Part shown: piece by piece, positions 46,011 to 55,989 of the stretch
Layout: every line of letters begins with the position of its first letter
Numbering within the stretch: position 1 is the first letter of the stretch
Source: Minisyncoccia bacterium
GTDB taxonomy: Bacteria; Patescibacteriota; Minisyncoccia; Phycocordibacterales; UBA9973
Assembly (NCBI GenBank): GCA_965656375.1
Contig: CBFHKH010000001.1
Span: 409,319-473,318 of the forward strand
DNA: 64,000 nucleotides
Reading direction: 5' to 3'
The notes under the pieces: model-generated
What the model was told of the DNA's origin: nothing
The model's input: the letters and a program-made list of their open reading frames with translations, nothing else
The model's database searches: none
Position numbers and translations under genes: made by a program

Positions 46011-46914
46011 GGTGTTGTAAGCGAGCAATTTTGTACATTGCTAATACTAATACAAGTGCAGCCATAAACTGAGAGACTGAGAGCGTCGTATGATAGAGTG
46101 TCATATCAATAAATATCGCGATGAATGGAAATGTGAGTTCAAGAATTGTAGAAATATGCACTGGTGTGCGAGAAAGTCCACGATAATAGATCATGAGCGC
46201 GACCATTCCTGTCGAGATAGCAATCAAAGCAAACAAGCTAAACTGAGGCACAGTCACCGATGAGAGTGAAGTTCCATATCCAAAGAGAATGACTACAACA
46301 AGCGCAATGAGAGTAGTGAATAGGAATCGATAGAATGTGCTCGTCTTATGCGAGATTTTGGTAAGGACCATTTTCGAAAATGTAGTCGATGTCCCCCACG
46401 CAAAGGCTGCACCAAATGCATAAATCGCTGCAATGACACTTTCCTCACCTGTTTTTAGATTTACATATCCATTTGGAAATGTCACAAAAAATGCAGCGAT
46501 AAGGGCAAGTACCGCCCACTTGATATATCGCTTGTCGAATTTTTCCTTGAGAAAGATTGATGCAGAACCTATTGCAAATATCGGCTGCAACTTCTGAAGC
46601 AGGAATACCACAGAAAACGATATGAAATGTACTTTGAGAAGTGCTGTGGTGAACCAGAGTGTTCCCAAGAGACCGCTTAACAGTGCAACAAGAAGCAGTA
46701 ACCATATCTCTCTCTTCCCTATTTTCTCTGTTCTGATGTTCTTGTAAATAAATGGAGCAAGGATGATAAGACCAATCAAATGCTCAAAGAATATAATAGT
46801 GATCGGAGGTAACGTATACAAATATCTACGTATTACTCCATCAAATGCCCATAAAAATGCTGCGATTATGATCAGGACTGGACCGTTCACGCCTCTATTC
46901 TTAAATAGTTTCAT
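45985..46914 (-). CDS. EamA/DMT family transporter
   Basis: About ten TM helices, AAFLW, LQKLQPIF..FLKEK. Confidence 0.9.
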   Translation of the reverse strand: MKLFKNRGVNGPVLIIIAAFLWAFDGVIRRYLYTLPPITIIFFEHLIGLIILAPFIYKNIRTEKIGKREIWLLLLVALLSGLLGTLWFTTALLKVHFISFSVVFLLQKLQPIFAIGSASIFLKEKFDKRYIKWAVLALIAAFFVTFPNGYVNLKTGEESVIAAIYAFGAAFAWGTSTTFSKMVLTKISHKTSTFYRFLFTTLIALVVVILFGYGTSLSSVTVPQFSLFALIAISTGMVALMIYYRGLSRTPVHISTILELTFPFIAIFIDMTLYHTTLSVSQFMAALVLVLAMYKIARLQHHALPIQTN

Positions 46915-46975
46915 TGGTCCAGTATATCATACTCCACCCTTACAATATCGACTATATTTGATATACTAGACATAT

Positions 46976-48241
46976 ATGAACAGGGAGGGGCATCGTAATA
47001 CTACAAATGAATCGCCACTAGTTGGACCGAAAATACCCGAAACAGGTGTCGCTTTTCGAGGAGAAGATGCGAACGAGCGATCCGCTCCCGATACTAAACT
47101 GCGCTCAATTAATACGGCATCGGATGCGCACGAACAAGCAATACAAAATGCAAAGGAAGGAGTCATCGCAAAGTACCCTCCAGACCCGATACCAAACGAG
47201 AGAAACATTCCCGTAGCTACAGGCCCGAGAAATACATTTACGTACACACACAAAGAGAAGGATGCTTCAAAAATAAAATCCTTTTTAAAAAATGCGCAGA
47301 GAAAACTATTTATGAGTCTCGGGTTGCTTACACTCGGAACGAGCGCAATAAAAGCGGAAAGTGGAAACAGCGCAGAGAAAACATTTTCTGACCCGTTAGA
47401 GAAAAAGACAGAGAAGAAAGTAGGAGTCGGTAAGGACAATAGAATCGAACGAGATTCTTTGATAAAGGAATACGGAGAAGTCATGGCTGGAAGATGGGAT
47501 GATTTCAAGATACTTAACAAGAAAACTCCTGAAGGGAAAACGTACAGACAAATATTCAATGAACTTGGTGAAGAATACGGCATCGCACCAGAGATCCTAT
47601 TCGCATCAGCAGCAGAAGAAGGACTTCGAAACTATCTTATAAATCCATATGATACACAAGATAAGGTATATAAAGTAAGCGGGTTTGAAAATTTTGGCTT
47701 GGATCACTTTGCTGAAGCGTTTCCGATCCTTCTTAAAAAGAAATTATTAGATGCTGATTTTTCTTTTAAAGAATCAATCCATACAAATGAAAAAGGTATC
47801 TCAGTAAAATCAGCAGATTTCAAAACTCCAGAAGATGCTATTCGAGCTAAAGTCGCTCTCTTGCGATTAAATAGTGACAAGATTGTAGAGTTTGCAGATA
47901 AAAACGGAATAGGATTGTCGGATACTGCTCTCGATTTCTTTATGCTTATCGCCTACAATGCAGGATTTACGAATGCGACTAAAATGCTCACTGATTATCA
48001 CGGTATCGGTGCACTTGATGATGATGCATTTTTAAAAGCAAGACCAACAAAAGGAAGCGGCACTATACTCTTGAAAGAAAATTCATGGGAGCAACCATAT
48101 ACAAATGTTATTCGAAGAATAAAACCAGCTGAAGCATGGAAAAATAAAGGCGTTATGGAAGAATCAAGTACCGTAAAGAAACTAGGTCAAAGTCAGACAA
48201 ATTCTCCGAATACCGCAAAGGTCACAATGGCATCAAAGTAA
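46976..48241 (+). CDS. Hypothetical protein with C-terminal lysozyme/lytic transglycosylase-like region
   Basis: YGIAPEILFASAAEEG and IAYNAG resemble SLT motifs I and III; internal hydrophobic segment. Confidence 0.6.
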   Translation: MNREGHRNTTNESPLVGPKIPETGVAFRGEDANERSAPDTKLRSINTASDAHEQAIQNAKEGVIAKYPPDPIPNERNIPVATGPRNTFTYTHKEKDASKIKSFLKNAQRKLFMSLGLLTLGTSAIKAESGNSAEKTFSDPLEKKTEKKVGVGKDNRIERDSLIKEYGEVMAGRWDDFKILNKKTPEGKTYRQIFNELGEEYGIAPEILFASAAEEGLRNYLINPYDTQDKVYKVSGFENFGLDHFAEAFPILLKKKLLDADFSFKESIHTNEKGISVKSADFKTPEDAIRAKVALLRLNSDKIVEFADKNGIGLSDTALDFFMLIAYNAGFTNATKMLTDYHGIGALDDDAFLKARPTKGSGTILLKENSWEQPYTNVIRRIKPAEAWKNKGVMEESSTVKKLGQSQTNSPNTAKVTMASK

Positions 48242-48278
48242 GATAAAACACCTCTCAAGCGCGAGGTGTTTTATCTTA
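48240..48278. terminator. Bidirectional terminator
   Basis: taagataaaacacctc-tcaagcgc-gaggtgttttatctta. Confidence 0.82.
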
Positions 48279-48722
48279 CTAAAGTCCTTTGTGATTCTTG
48301 TGCGCTTGTTTTTCAATATCTTCGAGCCTCTTTGAGATCTCGACAAGTTCTTTTTGAATATCACTGATCGCACTGAGCTCGTCTTTTATCTCAGCATCAT
48401 TTCTCTCTGTAAGTTTCTTCTCACCTCGAAGTCCAGAGAGGATAAGTTCATTCCCGATAAAACTCGAAGTAAACGCTCCCGTAAAAGAAAGGAGTACAAC
48501 ACCGACACATAATGAGAGCGGTCCATCCCACCACGGGGCAAACATAATACTCGTCGAACCATCAGAATAGATACCATCTATCAGCGTATGGATATTATCA
48601 ACACTATGCCAGACTCCTCGCCAAAAAAGCACTATTCCGATACCGACAATAAATGCATAGAATTTGGGATGATGACTCAGAATGTTTTGAATCCGCAGTT
48701 CCAAGTTTTTTACAGTCTTCAT
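48279..48722 (-). CDS. Hypothetical membrane protein with C-terminal coiled coil
   Basis: Two TM segments, LFWRGVW motif. Confidence 0.75.
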   Translation of the reverse strand: MKTVKNLELRIQNILSHHPKFYAFIVGIGIVLFWRGVWHSVDNIHTLIDGIYSDGSTSIMFAPWWDGPLSLCVGVVLLSFTGAFTSSFIGNELILSGLRGEKKLTERNDAEIKDELSAISDIQKELVEISKRLEDIEKQAHKNHKGL

Positions 48723-48802
48723 ATATGTAGTATACCAGATTCAAATACAGTCTTCGAGAATATTCTCGAAGACTGTATTGGTAGCGCTTATACTTTGATA
48801 CA

Positions 48803-49891
48803 CTATCGTTTTGTAGTGAAGGATACAGTTTTACCGTAGACTGTACCATGATCGTTCATACCAACAAGGCGATAATAATATTTTGTATTCGACGAAAGAT
48901 TGTTTACATTGATCTCTACCTCTTGTGTGTCCATACCAGAGAGTGTCCTCTTTGGAGTACCACTTCCTATCAAGTTTCCAAGAAGAGAGTCAGTACTATA
49001 CTCGAACCAATAGGTCGTCTGTGCATCATTTGGATTTATCCGTCCATTGAATACTGCATCAGAAGAGCTAATGCTGCTTGCATTTAGAGTCTCAACAGAT
49101 GGCTTGCTTGATTGCGCAGGGCCAGACGTAGTGAAATTCATAGTTGTTCCATTCACTGTACCGTACTGATTCTGTGCATTCAAGCGGAAGTAATATTTTG
49201 TAAGAGGTTCGAGTCCTGTGAGAGACATTGGAACAGACATAAATGTCGTACCTGAATTTGTAGCTCGGTATCCGGTTACAGACCCGAAGCTATTGTCCGT
49301 TCCGTATTCATACCAGTAGCTCGTGTCTGTACCATTTGGATTTACTTGGCCATTGATAGTAGCAGAGGTACGAGCAATATCACCTGCAGCATTTGTGCGC
49401 GTTGAAGGAGCTTTCGCCTGAGGTGGTGAGGTCATGTTTGTCTGGAAAGTATATGTAGTGCCATTCACAGTTCCGAATTTATTCTGTGCACTTAAGCGAT
49501 AGTAGTAGAGCGTGTTTGCTTTAAGACCTGTGATGAATGCAGGTGTTGGGGTAACATAATATCCTGAACCAATTGCTTGTGATGTACTCCGAGTGCCGAG
49601 TGCTGTTGTTTCCCCATATTCGTACCAGTATGTTGTAGCTGCTCCATTCGGCTTTACTGTTCCTGTGACTGCTGCAGTTGAGCTTGAAGTGTTGGCATTT
49701 GAATTTGTCACTACGATTGGTGCAGCTGGCGTTGCTACAGTCGAGGTTGGTGTGGGTGTAGTACCCTCTTCTGTAATAACAGGAAGTACTGTGGTATTGT
49801 CTACCATTACTTTATCTTTTGTTGATATATAGTATCCGAGTCCGATGATGATTATTAAGATCAATAATCCGATTACTGTATTTTTATTCAT
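48803..49891 (-). CDS. Membrane-anchored protein with three fibronectin type III repeats
   Basis: Three G.V.PN...T.YW(Y/F)EY...L...T.YY(Y/F)RL.A.N..GT repeats after N-terminal TM. Confidence 0.88.
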   Translation of the reverse strand: MNKNTVIGLLILIIIIGLGYYISTKDKVMVDNTTVLPVITEEGTTPTPTSTVATPAAPIVVTNSNANTSSSTAAVTGTVKPNGAATTYWYEYGETTALGTRSTSQAIGSGYYVTPTPAFITGLKANTLYYYRLSAQNKFGTVNGTTYTFQTNMTSPPQAKAPSTRTNAAGDIARTSATINGQVNPNGTDTSYWYEYGTDNSFGSVTGYRATNSGTTFMSVPMSLTGLEPLTKYYFRLNAQNQYGTVNGTTMNFTTSGPAQSSKPSVETLNASSISSSDAVFNGRINPNDAQTTYWFEYSTDSLLGNLIGSGTPKRTLSGMDTQEVEINVNNLSSNTKYYYRLVGMNDHGTVYGKTVSFTTKR

Positions 49892-49970
49892 AAAATCAAA
49901 ATTAGTTAGTAAAATTACAATTATTTATAAATGAGTGCGACCTTTATACCTAATAAGCCTACCATGTAGG

Positions 49971-49998
49971 TAGACGGCCCAGTAATTACAATCTTACC
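49971..49998 (-). promoter_or_regulatory. ECF promoter, GTAAG class
   Basis: GGTAAG-N16-CGTCTA upstream of Fn3 gene. Confidence 0.75.
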
Positions 49999-50023
49999 AG
50001 TGAAAATAGGTACCTGAGTATCT

Positions 50024-50452
50024 TTATCTAAGTTTGCCTTGTTCGGTAAGCACTCTTTTAATATTGAAACGCATAGAGAGAATTCGCCCAAGCATGGCGC
50101 CTTCGATAAAACTAAATGTAAACGCAGAGAGGATCGCGCCAGTAAGCCAATGCTCAAAGATAAAATGGCGAGAAAAAGAGAATATAATATATAGCACGAG
50201 AACGACAATTCCTATCCTATCGAGTCTACCGATCACCTTTTCCTCTTCGGCATGCCATTCGATCGAGAACATTCGCCCAGCAATAAATCCTATCCCGACA
50301 CCAAGGAAAATCCCCAGGATTAAAAGAAGAATCTTGATATGGCTTATATATACTTCATATACAAGCACACCGGACATGATCGCGAGAATTACCACAAATA
50401 TTCTCAATCTCCGTATCAATTTCTTATCTACATGTACATGCTCATCTTGCAT
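50024..50452 (-). CDS. Four-TM membrane protein (CcdC/DUF1453-like)
   Basis: Four hydrophobic helices; downstream of anti-sigma. Confidence 0.65.
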   Translation of the reverse strand: MQDEHVHVDKKLIRRLRIFVVILAIMSGVLVYEVYISHIKILLLILGIFLGVGIGFIAGRMFSIEWHAEEEKVIGRLDRIGIVVLVLYIIFSFSRHFIFEHWLTGAILSAFTFSFIEGAMLGRILSMRFNIKRVLTEQGKLR

Positions 50453-50468
50453 GTATGTATTTTATCTT

Positions 50469-51509
50469 TTATCTCCACTCGTGTCTATTTTCGTCTGGAA
50501 ACGATTGTTCTTTGATGCTATTTCTATCACGTTTTGAATGAGTATTTTCTTCTTTCAATTGAAGTCCTGCTTTCAAAAAGATATCGGCTTCTGTAACTGA
50601 ATTTTCAGATTCAAGAAGCTTTGAGTATGCGTTCTCTTTATTTTCTTCGATATTGCCTTCATCAGACTCTTTCAACAGTTGTGCCGCCTGATCGAGTGTC
50701 TCCTGAGCGGTATTGATCACTCGTTGCTGCACTCGTGAATCCTTGCTCTCTGTACGATCTAGATTTTTATTTGTCGAATCTATGAGTGATTTAACCATTT
50801 CTTTTTTCTTGTTGTATCGTTCAGATGAATTGATCTCCTTGGTTTTCCAATTTGTTCGTATTGTATCGACGCTCGCACGAGCTGTCTTTGAGATCTCATT
50901 TCCTTCTGGTGTGTCTTCCTCTTTCTGATCAGAATCGATGATATCAAGAACTTTCGCATGGGCATTCATTCCCGCTTGGAAATTACGTACGATATCATCA
51001 ATTTTGTCCGATGATTTTTCTTTATCGAGCTCTATAAGACTTTTTTCCAAAGCCTTCGTATGAGTTTCCAAGAGGACAGCTATTTCTTTTTGCTTTGTCT
51101 CATCAAGGTTACCTGTCGAGGCAAGAGTCTCTGCTTCAACCATACGCTTTTTTGCACGGGTGCTTTCATATTCTGCTTTTGCTTCTTGTGAAAACGTAAG
51201 GCGAGCTCGAACAGGTTCTACAATATTTACTTTTACCGCATAGAGAGCGTCTCCCGGCAAACTCTCTTCTGAAGCAAATACTGCTTCTCGGCCGCCGACA
51301 AACACGATCAATAACATCGCAATACTTGCATAGAAAAAGCGATGCCGTTTTGAGAATATAAAAGAATACGACACCCATGAACTCTGTACTGGTTTTTTTA
51401 CAACTTGCGACGTACTCAAAATACGACCGAGCATGCGTTCTTTCTCAGCATCAGTCATGGTGATTTTTTTTATCTGTTGTATTCCTTTGTGTAATTTTTC
51501 GTCTTCCAT
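50469..51509 (-). CDS. Putative anti-sigma factor with DUF5667-like domain
   Basis: Short cytoplasmic part, one TM, SLPGDALYAVKVNIVE signature, helical C-terminus; starts 1 nt after sigma stop. Confidence 0.78.
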   Translation of the reverse strand: MEDEKLHKGIQQIKKITMTDAEKERMLGRILSTSQVVKKPVQSSWVSYSFIFSKRHRFFYASIAMLLIVFVGGREAVFASEESLPGDALYAVKVNIVEPVRARLTFSQEAKAEYESTRAKKRMVEAETLASTGNLDETKQKEIAVLLETHTKALEKSLIELDKEKSSDKIDDIVRNFQAGMNAHAKVLDIIDSDQKEEDTPEGNEISKTARASVDTIRTNWKTKEINSSERYNKKKEMVKSLIDSTNKNLDRTESKDSRVQQRVINTAQETLDQAAQLLKESDEGNIEENKENAYSKLLESENSVTEADIFLKAGLQLKEENTHSKRDRNSIKEQSFPDENRHEWR

Positions 51510-51510
51510 T

Positions 51511-52038
51511 TTAATTTCCTTCTTCAATACTATACCCTGTCTTTTTTCGCAGCTCGAGCAATCCGCGATTAACCCGAACTGACGCTGCGTTGGCAGATAT
51601 GCCAAGACTTTCTCCTATCTCTCCTGGTGATAATCCTTCTACATACCGCAAATACACAGGATCTCGATATGTCGGAGACAATTCATTGATTTTCTCCAAG
51701 AGATATCTACCTTCTGGCCCAAGATCAAGATTGTCTGCTGTGCTCGCATCGATGACATCATACTCCCCCGTCTCTTCATCTGCCATTTTGCTGAACACAA
51801 TGCTCTTCTTCTTGCGATACCAGTCGATAATCAGGTGTCGAATGATGGTAAAGAGAAATGCTCTCGTATTTTGTATTTCATCCCCTTTTTGCATCGTTTG
51901 CCAGAGGCGAACAAAAGCTTCCTGGGTGATATCGAGAGCTTGCTCTCTATCAGACACGCGAGTCAAGCAAAATCGGAATAGGGTGTCTGACTCTGTAGTG
52001 TATATCTCTTCAAATGTATGGGTAATATCAGGTTTCAT
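51511..52038 (-). CDS. ECF RNA polymerase sigma factor (sigma B)
   Basis: DITQEAFVRLW, FLFTIIRHLIIDWYRK, GLSPGEIGESLGISANAASVR. Confidence 0.94.
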   Translation of the reverse strand: MKPDITHTFEEIYTTESDTLFRFCLTRVSDREQALDITQEAFVRLWQTMQKGDEIQNTRAFLFTIIRHLIIDWYRKKKSIVFSKMADEETGEYDVIDASTADNLDLGPEGRYLLEKINELSPTYRDPVYLRYVEGLSPGEIGESLGISANAASVRVNRGLLELRKKTGYSIEEGN

Positions 52039-52043
52039 TGGGA

Positions 52044-52071
52044 AAGACGAACAAAAGCGCTATTTCTTACG
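52044..52071 (-). promoter_or_regulatory. ECF autoregulatory promoter, GTAAG class, leaderless
   Basis: CGTAAG-N16-CGTCTT, 5 nt before sigma B ATG. Confidence 0.78.
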
Positions 52072-52129
52072 TACTCGTACGGCCGTTGCTATCTAGATAT
52101 AAAATACAATATATATCATCCAATGTCTA

Positions 52130-52158
52130 TGTAAGGAAAGAGAATAGAGCTCCGTCTA
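52130..52158 (+). promoter_or_regulatory. ECF promoter, GTAAG class (divergent)
   Basis: TGTAAG-N17-CGTCTA upstream of 52238. Confidence 0.75.
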
Positions 52159-52237
52159 CCATAGTATAGGTTACTTATAGGGATATATACCCTATAAAAA
52201 GCCTTCAAATTATCAAATTAATTGAGTAAATAAAATT

Positions 52238-53479
52238 ATGAAAAAAACAAAATTTATAACAAGTTCGCTTTTGATTCTATCCATGGCTATCGTGCCGTTC
52301 GTAAGTTCTGCGGATAATGGATTTCTTTTCCGTGGAGACGATAATAATCGCAGTATCCGAGTAGAAACTCGGGCTGACCTTGATGCGAAAGCAAAAGTAG
52401 ATCTAAAACATGAAAGTAATAAAAATAAAGAAGATAAAGATAAGGATCGAGATTCTCGTTCCAATAAATCAATCTTGGGTGCGTTATTTGGTTCATCTGA
52501 GAATCGCGTAAATGCAGAAGTAAAAGCAAATAGTAATGCGAGCTTTAACCGTAACAACATACCGATTATTTCTGGGATTACTGCTCCAACAATGTTGAAG
52601 GTTGGAGAAACAGGTACATGGACAGTAAATGCATCTGATTCATCTAATGGATCACTCTCATACTCAGTTAACTGGGGTGACAGAAAAGACGATAGTACTG
52701 CAAAGATGTCATCAGAATCATTTACTCAGACAAGTACATTTACCCATGCATATGCGAACCCGGGAACATACAAGATCGCATTCGCAGTTAAAAATAGTGC
52801 AGGGCTTTCAGCAGTTTCCACTACAACAGTCCGCGTAACAAGTACAAATACAGTTGCCGCACCAGTTATTAGTAATGTTTCTGTTACATCAACAAAGCCA
52901 CATCAGGCTACAGTAACATGGACTACAGATGTCCGTTCAACGAGCCTCGTTTGGTACAGCAAAACATCACCAGTTAACACTTCAGGAAATGCAAACATTG
53001 CTCGAAATTCATTCTGGAATTCTTTCTGGAACGTGAAGGGTCGTGATCACAAGGTTACTCTTACAAAACTAGAACCAGGTACGACATACTATGTAATAGT
53101 AGGTTCCGCAAATGCTTCTGGCAAGACTCTATCATCAGAAGTATCTGTAACAACACCTGCTCTTCCAAATTCAAGTAACGCACCAGTGATAACAAGCCTT
53201 ACAGGAAATACATCAGTAGTAGTGGGACAAACAGCAACAATTACAGTTAACGCCTATGATCCAGATAACGGTTCCCTTACCTACACAGCAGACTGGGGTG
53301 ATAACACAAGTTCTACATTCTCACTCAAAGCTGGCACTGATGTGTATACACAGACAAGCACATTTACCCACGTTTATGATGTAGCAGGTACATATAAAGC
53401 CACATTCACCGCACAAAACAGTAAAGGATTGAAAGCATCTTCATCAGTAAATATCACAGCACAAGCTGCTACTCAATAA
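52238..53479 (+). CDS. Secreted protein with PKD-Fn3-PKD domains
   Basis: Signal peptide; two Y..(N/D)WGD...FTH.Y...GTY repeats flanking an HKVTLTKLEPGTTYY Fn3-like domain. Confidence 0.85.
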   Translation: MKKTKFITSSLLILSMAIVPFVSSADNGFLFRGDDNNRSIRVETRADLDAKAKVDLKHESNKNKEDKDKDRDSRSNKSILGALFGSSENRVNAEVKANSNASFNRNNIPIISGITAPTMLKVGETGTWTVNASDSSNGSLSYSVNWGDRKDDSTAKMSSESFTQTSTFTHAYANPGTYKIAFAVKNSAGLSAVSTTTVRVTSTNTVAAPVISNVSVTSTKPHQATVTWTTDVRSTSLVWYSKTSPVNTSGNANIARNSFWNSFWNVKGRDHKVTLTKLEPGTTYYVIVGSANASGKTLSSEVSVTTPALPNSSNAPVITSLTGNTSVVVGQTATITVNAYDPDNGSLTYTADWGDNTSSTFSLKAGTDVYTQTSTFTHVYDVAGTYKATFTAQNSKGLKASSSVNITAQAATQ

Positions 53480-53527
53480 CAACAGTCGTGTGAGAAAAGC
53501 ATCATTATCAGTTAATCAAATACATAT

Positions 53528-54040
53528 ATGATTACAACAGCAGGAATCTTTAGGACTCATTTAGAAGCAGAACGAGCAATCAATGAATTACACGCATTCG
53601 GTGTCGCTACAAGTGATATGTCATACGTATATATCGATGTTGATGGAGAAATAATCGATGCACACACAGATAGTAAAATAGGTTCAGGCCTTGCTTCTGG
53701 CGCAACGACAGGGTCAGTCCTTGGAGCAATCGCTGGCCTTGCTATCGCAAACGGCATCTTGCCAGGACTTGGTTCACTCATAGTAGCTGGACCACTCGCA
53801 GCAGCGCTCGGATTTACGGGTGTAGCAGCTACAACAGTAGCAGGTGCAGCTACGGGCGCAATGGCAGGAGGATTCATCGGGGCACTCAGCAATATGGGTG
53901 TAGAAAGTGCTGATGCAGCGATCTATGAGAACTCTGTCCGCTTAGGAGAAGTATTAGTCGTCGTAAAGTCACAAAATCTCGTTACAAAAGATATCTTCGA
54001 AAAAGCAGGGGCTCGCGAGATCAGAGAGTACATACATTAA
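53528..54040 (+). CDS. General stress protein (YflT-like N-terminus, Gly/Ala-rich hairpin)
   Basis: GIF....AERAI.EL...G, IPGLG-like LPGLGSLIVAGPLAAAL, GAL..MGV...A..YE..V..G.VLVVV. Confidence 0.82.
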   Translation: MITTAGIFRTHLEAERAINELHAFGVATSDMSYVYIDVDGEIIDAHTDSKIGSGLASGATTGSVLGAIAGLAIANGILPGLGSLIVAGPLAAALGFTGVAATTVAGAATGAMAGGFIGALSNMGVESADAAIYENSVRLGEVLVVVKSQNLVTKDIFEKAGAREIREYIH

Positions 54041-54069
54041 ATAAAATAGAAAATCCCGACAGAGAAAGA

Positions 54070-54777
54070 TTACTGTCGGGATTTTCTATATACATTCACG
54101 CCGAGATGCGCTTGGCGAGTCGGCTCAGGAAGACGATATCCCCGAAGACAACTTTCTACAAAGGATACTGACTCATCGATCGTAATCAAATGTCCAGGAG
54201 AGATGATAAGTGGATTAGATCCCTTTTTCGTTTTGAATGCTTTGCCAATTTTCTCTCGAGTTTTTGGATCAACGATATCATTCTTGGTGCCCACATCTAT
54301 AGGAACTTCGTATGTACCATAGAGCTTACTTTTGCCGACTCCAATAGTAGGTACACCTGCAAGAATTCCGAAATGACTTGCAATACCGAGCCGTCTCGGA
54401 TGAGCGATACCTTGGCCATCTACCATGACGAGATCTGGTTTTTGTTTGAGTTTTTTCCATGCTTCAAGCAGTCCTGGTATTTCTCTGAATGAAAGGAGTC
54501 CAGGGATGTATGGGAACTTTGCCTCAAGTTTTACATATGCCTGATCAATTATCGCAAGTTCAGGATATGAGAGAACCACGATTCCCGCATACAAATCTTT
54601 TCCAAACATATTGAGTGAAACATCAGCCCCGCCGATCGTCCGTATCTGTTTTTGAAGTGGAGAAAGAGTAACCGCATCCGTGAGTGTTTTTTGAATCGCA
54701 ATTGCTTCGCGCGCAGATACATCCCATGCATGAGATATGTTGTTTTCTTTTGAGTGCTTCATATATCTTTCTTCCAA
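54070..54777 (-). CDS. nfi: Endonuclease V (deoxyinosine 3' endonuclease)
   Basis: GADVS, FPYIPGLLSFRE, DGQGIAHPRRLGIASH, LPEPTRQAH; start may be 54762. Confidence 0.96.
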   Translation of the reverse strand: MEERYMKHSKENNISHAWDVSAREAIAIQKTLTDAVTLSPLQKQIRTIGGADVSLNMFGKDLYAGIVVLSYPELAIIDQAYVKLEAKFPYIPGLLSFREIPGLLEAWKKLKQKPDLVMVDGQGIAHPRRLGIASHFGILAGVPTIGVGKSKLYGTYEVPIDVGTKNDIVDPKTREKIGKAFKTKKGSNPLIISPGHLITIDESVSFVESCLRGYRLPEPTRQAHLGVNVYRKSRQ

Positions 54778-55922
54778 TATTTCTGACCTTGTATCTTCTC
54801 TGGCAAGAGATCCTCTTTGGTATATTTCTCATACCCCTTGTGATAGCCGAGATCCTTCATAAGTTTCGTCGGTGCATTTCGTATCTTAAGCGGGATCGGC
54901 AAGTTGCCATGCTTCTTTGCGTCTTCTAGTGCTGCGAGGTATGCATAATATGCAGCTTTACTTTTTGGGGCTTCTGCGAGATAAATTACGCCATGTGAGA
55001 GATTAATCCCCGCTTCGGGATATCCGATCGTTTCCACTGCTCGAAAGACGGCATTCGCAACTACAAGCGCCTGTGGATCTTCCATACCGATATCTTCAGA
55101 AGCAAATATTACCATTCGTCGGGCGATGAATTTTGGATCTTCCCCAGCCTCGATCATTCGAGCGAGATAGTACAAACTTGCATCAGGCTGACTTGCGCGC
55201 ATGCTTTTTATAAATGCTGAAATTGTATTGTAATGTTCCTCGCCTTTTTTGTCGTAACGCAGATGTTTTGACTGAAGTGTCTGAGTTAGATTGGTGACTG
55301 TTATATCGCCATAGAGACGAGCAGTATTTTCAATCATAGCAATAGCTTGCCGTGCATCACCTGAAGCCATTTCAATCAGCCAATCAATTGCCTTCTCATC
55401 AAGTTCGTATCCTGTGCGTGCGATAATCTCTTTCATATTCTCGCCACTCAATTCTTCCATAACAAACACACGACATCGAGACAAGAGCGCTGAGATCACT
55501 TCAAATGATGGGTTTTCAGTTGTCGCGCCGATGAGGATTAATTTACCAGATTCTACTTGAGGAAGGAGAAAATCCTGCTGCGCTTTGTTAAAGCGATGAA
55601 TCTCGTCGAGAAAGAGAATTTTCGGACCAAACAAATCTCCACTTCCCTCTACGATTCTCCGAATATCATCCTTCCCTGCGGAAACAGCTGAAAGCTCGTG
55701 ATATTCTGCGTTGAGAGCTTTTGCATAGATACGCGCAAGTGTCGTTTTCCCGACTCCAGGCGGTCCCCAGAGAATAAATGAGAATATATGACCTTCTTCT
55801 ATCGCCACTCGAAGTGGTCCTTTGGCAATACCTTTCTTTATATCACCTATACCTACAAGGTGCGTTTGCCCAATGAATTCATCGAGGTTTTTGGGTCTAA
55901 TTTTTGATGCTAATGGCTCCAT
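54759..55922 (-). CDS. rarA: Replication-associated recombination protein A
   Basis: PLASKIRP, WGPPGVGKTT, DEIHRFNKAQQD, GATTENPSF, ISAFIKSMR. Confidence 0.96.
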   Translation of the reverse strand: MEPLASKIRPKNLDEFIGQTHLVGIGDIKKGIAKGPLRVAIEEGHIFSFILWGPPGVGKTTLARIYAKALNAEYHELSAVSAGKDDIRRIVEGSGDLFGPKILFLDEIHRFNKAQQDFLLPQVESGKLILIGATTENPSFEVISALLSRCRVFVMEELSGENMKEIIARTGYELDEKAIDWLIEMASGDARQAIAMIENTARLYGDITVTNLTQTLQSKHLRYDKKGEEHYNTISAFIKSMRASQPDASLYYLARMIEAGEDPKFIARRMVIFASEDIGMEDPQALVVANAVFRAVETIGYPEAGINLSHGVIYLAEAPKSKAAYYAYLAALEDAKKHGNLPIPLKIRNAPTKLMKDLGYHKGYEKYTKEDLLPEKIQGQKYWKKDI

Positions 55923-55989
55923 ATCTCTATTATACTCTCCTCGTCAATCCCTTTATAGTTATTTAAATCAAAGAGAGTATAATTAAAAT

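Noticed and set aside
46966-47583. 205 aa minus-strand ORF
   Set aside because: Antisense to the longer 46976..48241 CDS, which has a promoter and terminator
49200-49222. ggttcgagtcc resembling a tRNA T-arm
   Set aside because: Inside the Fn3 CDS with no acceptor, D or anticodon arms
55925-55989. ECF promoter for the general-stress SDR gene
   Set aside because: A cgtcaa is present but no G(T/A)AAG at 16-17 nt; a TATAAT leaderless promoter explains the start
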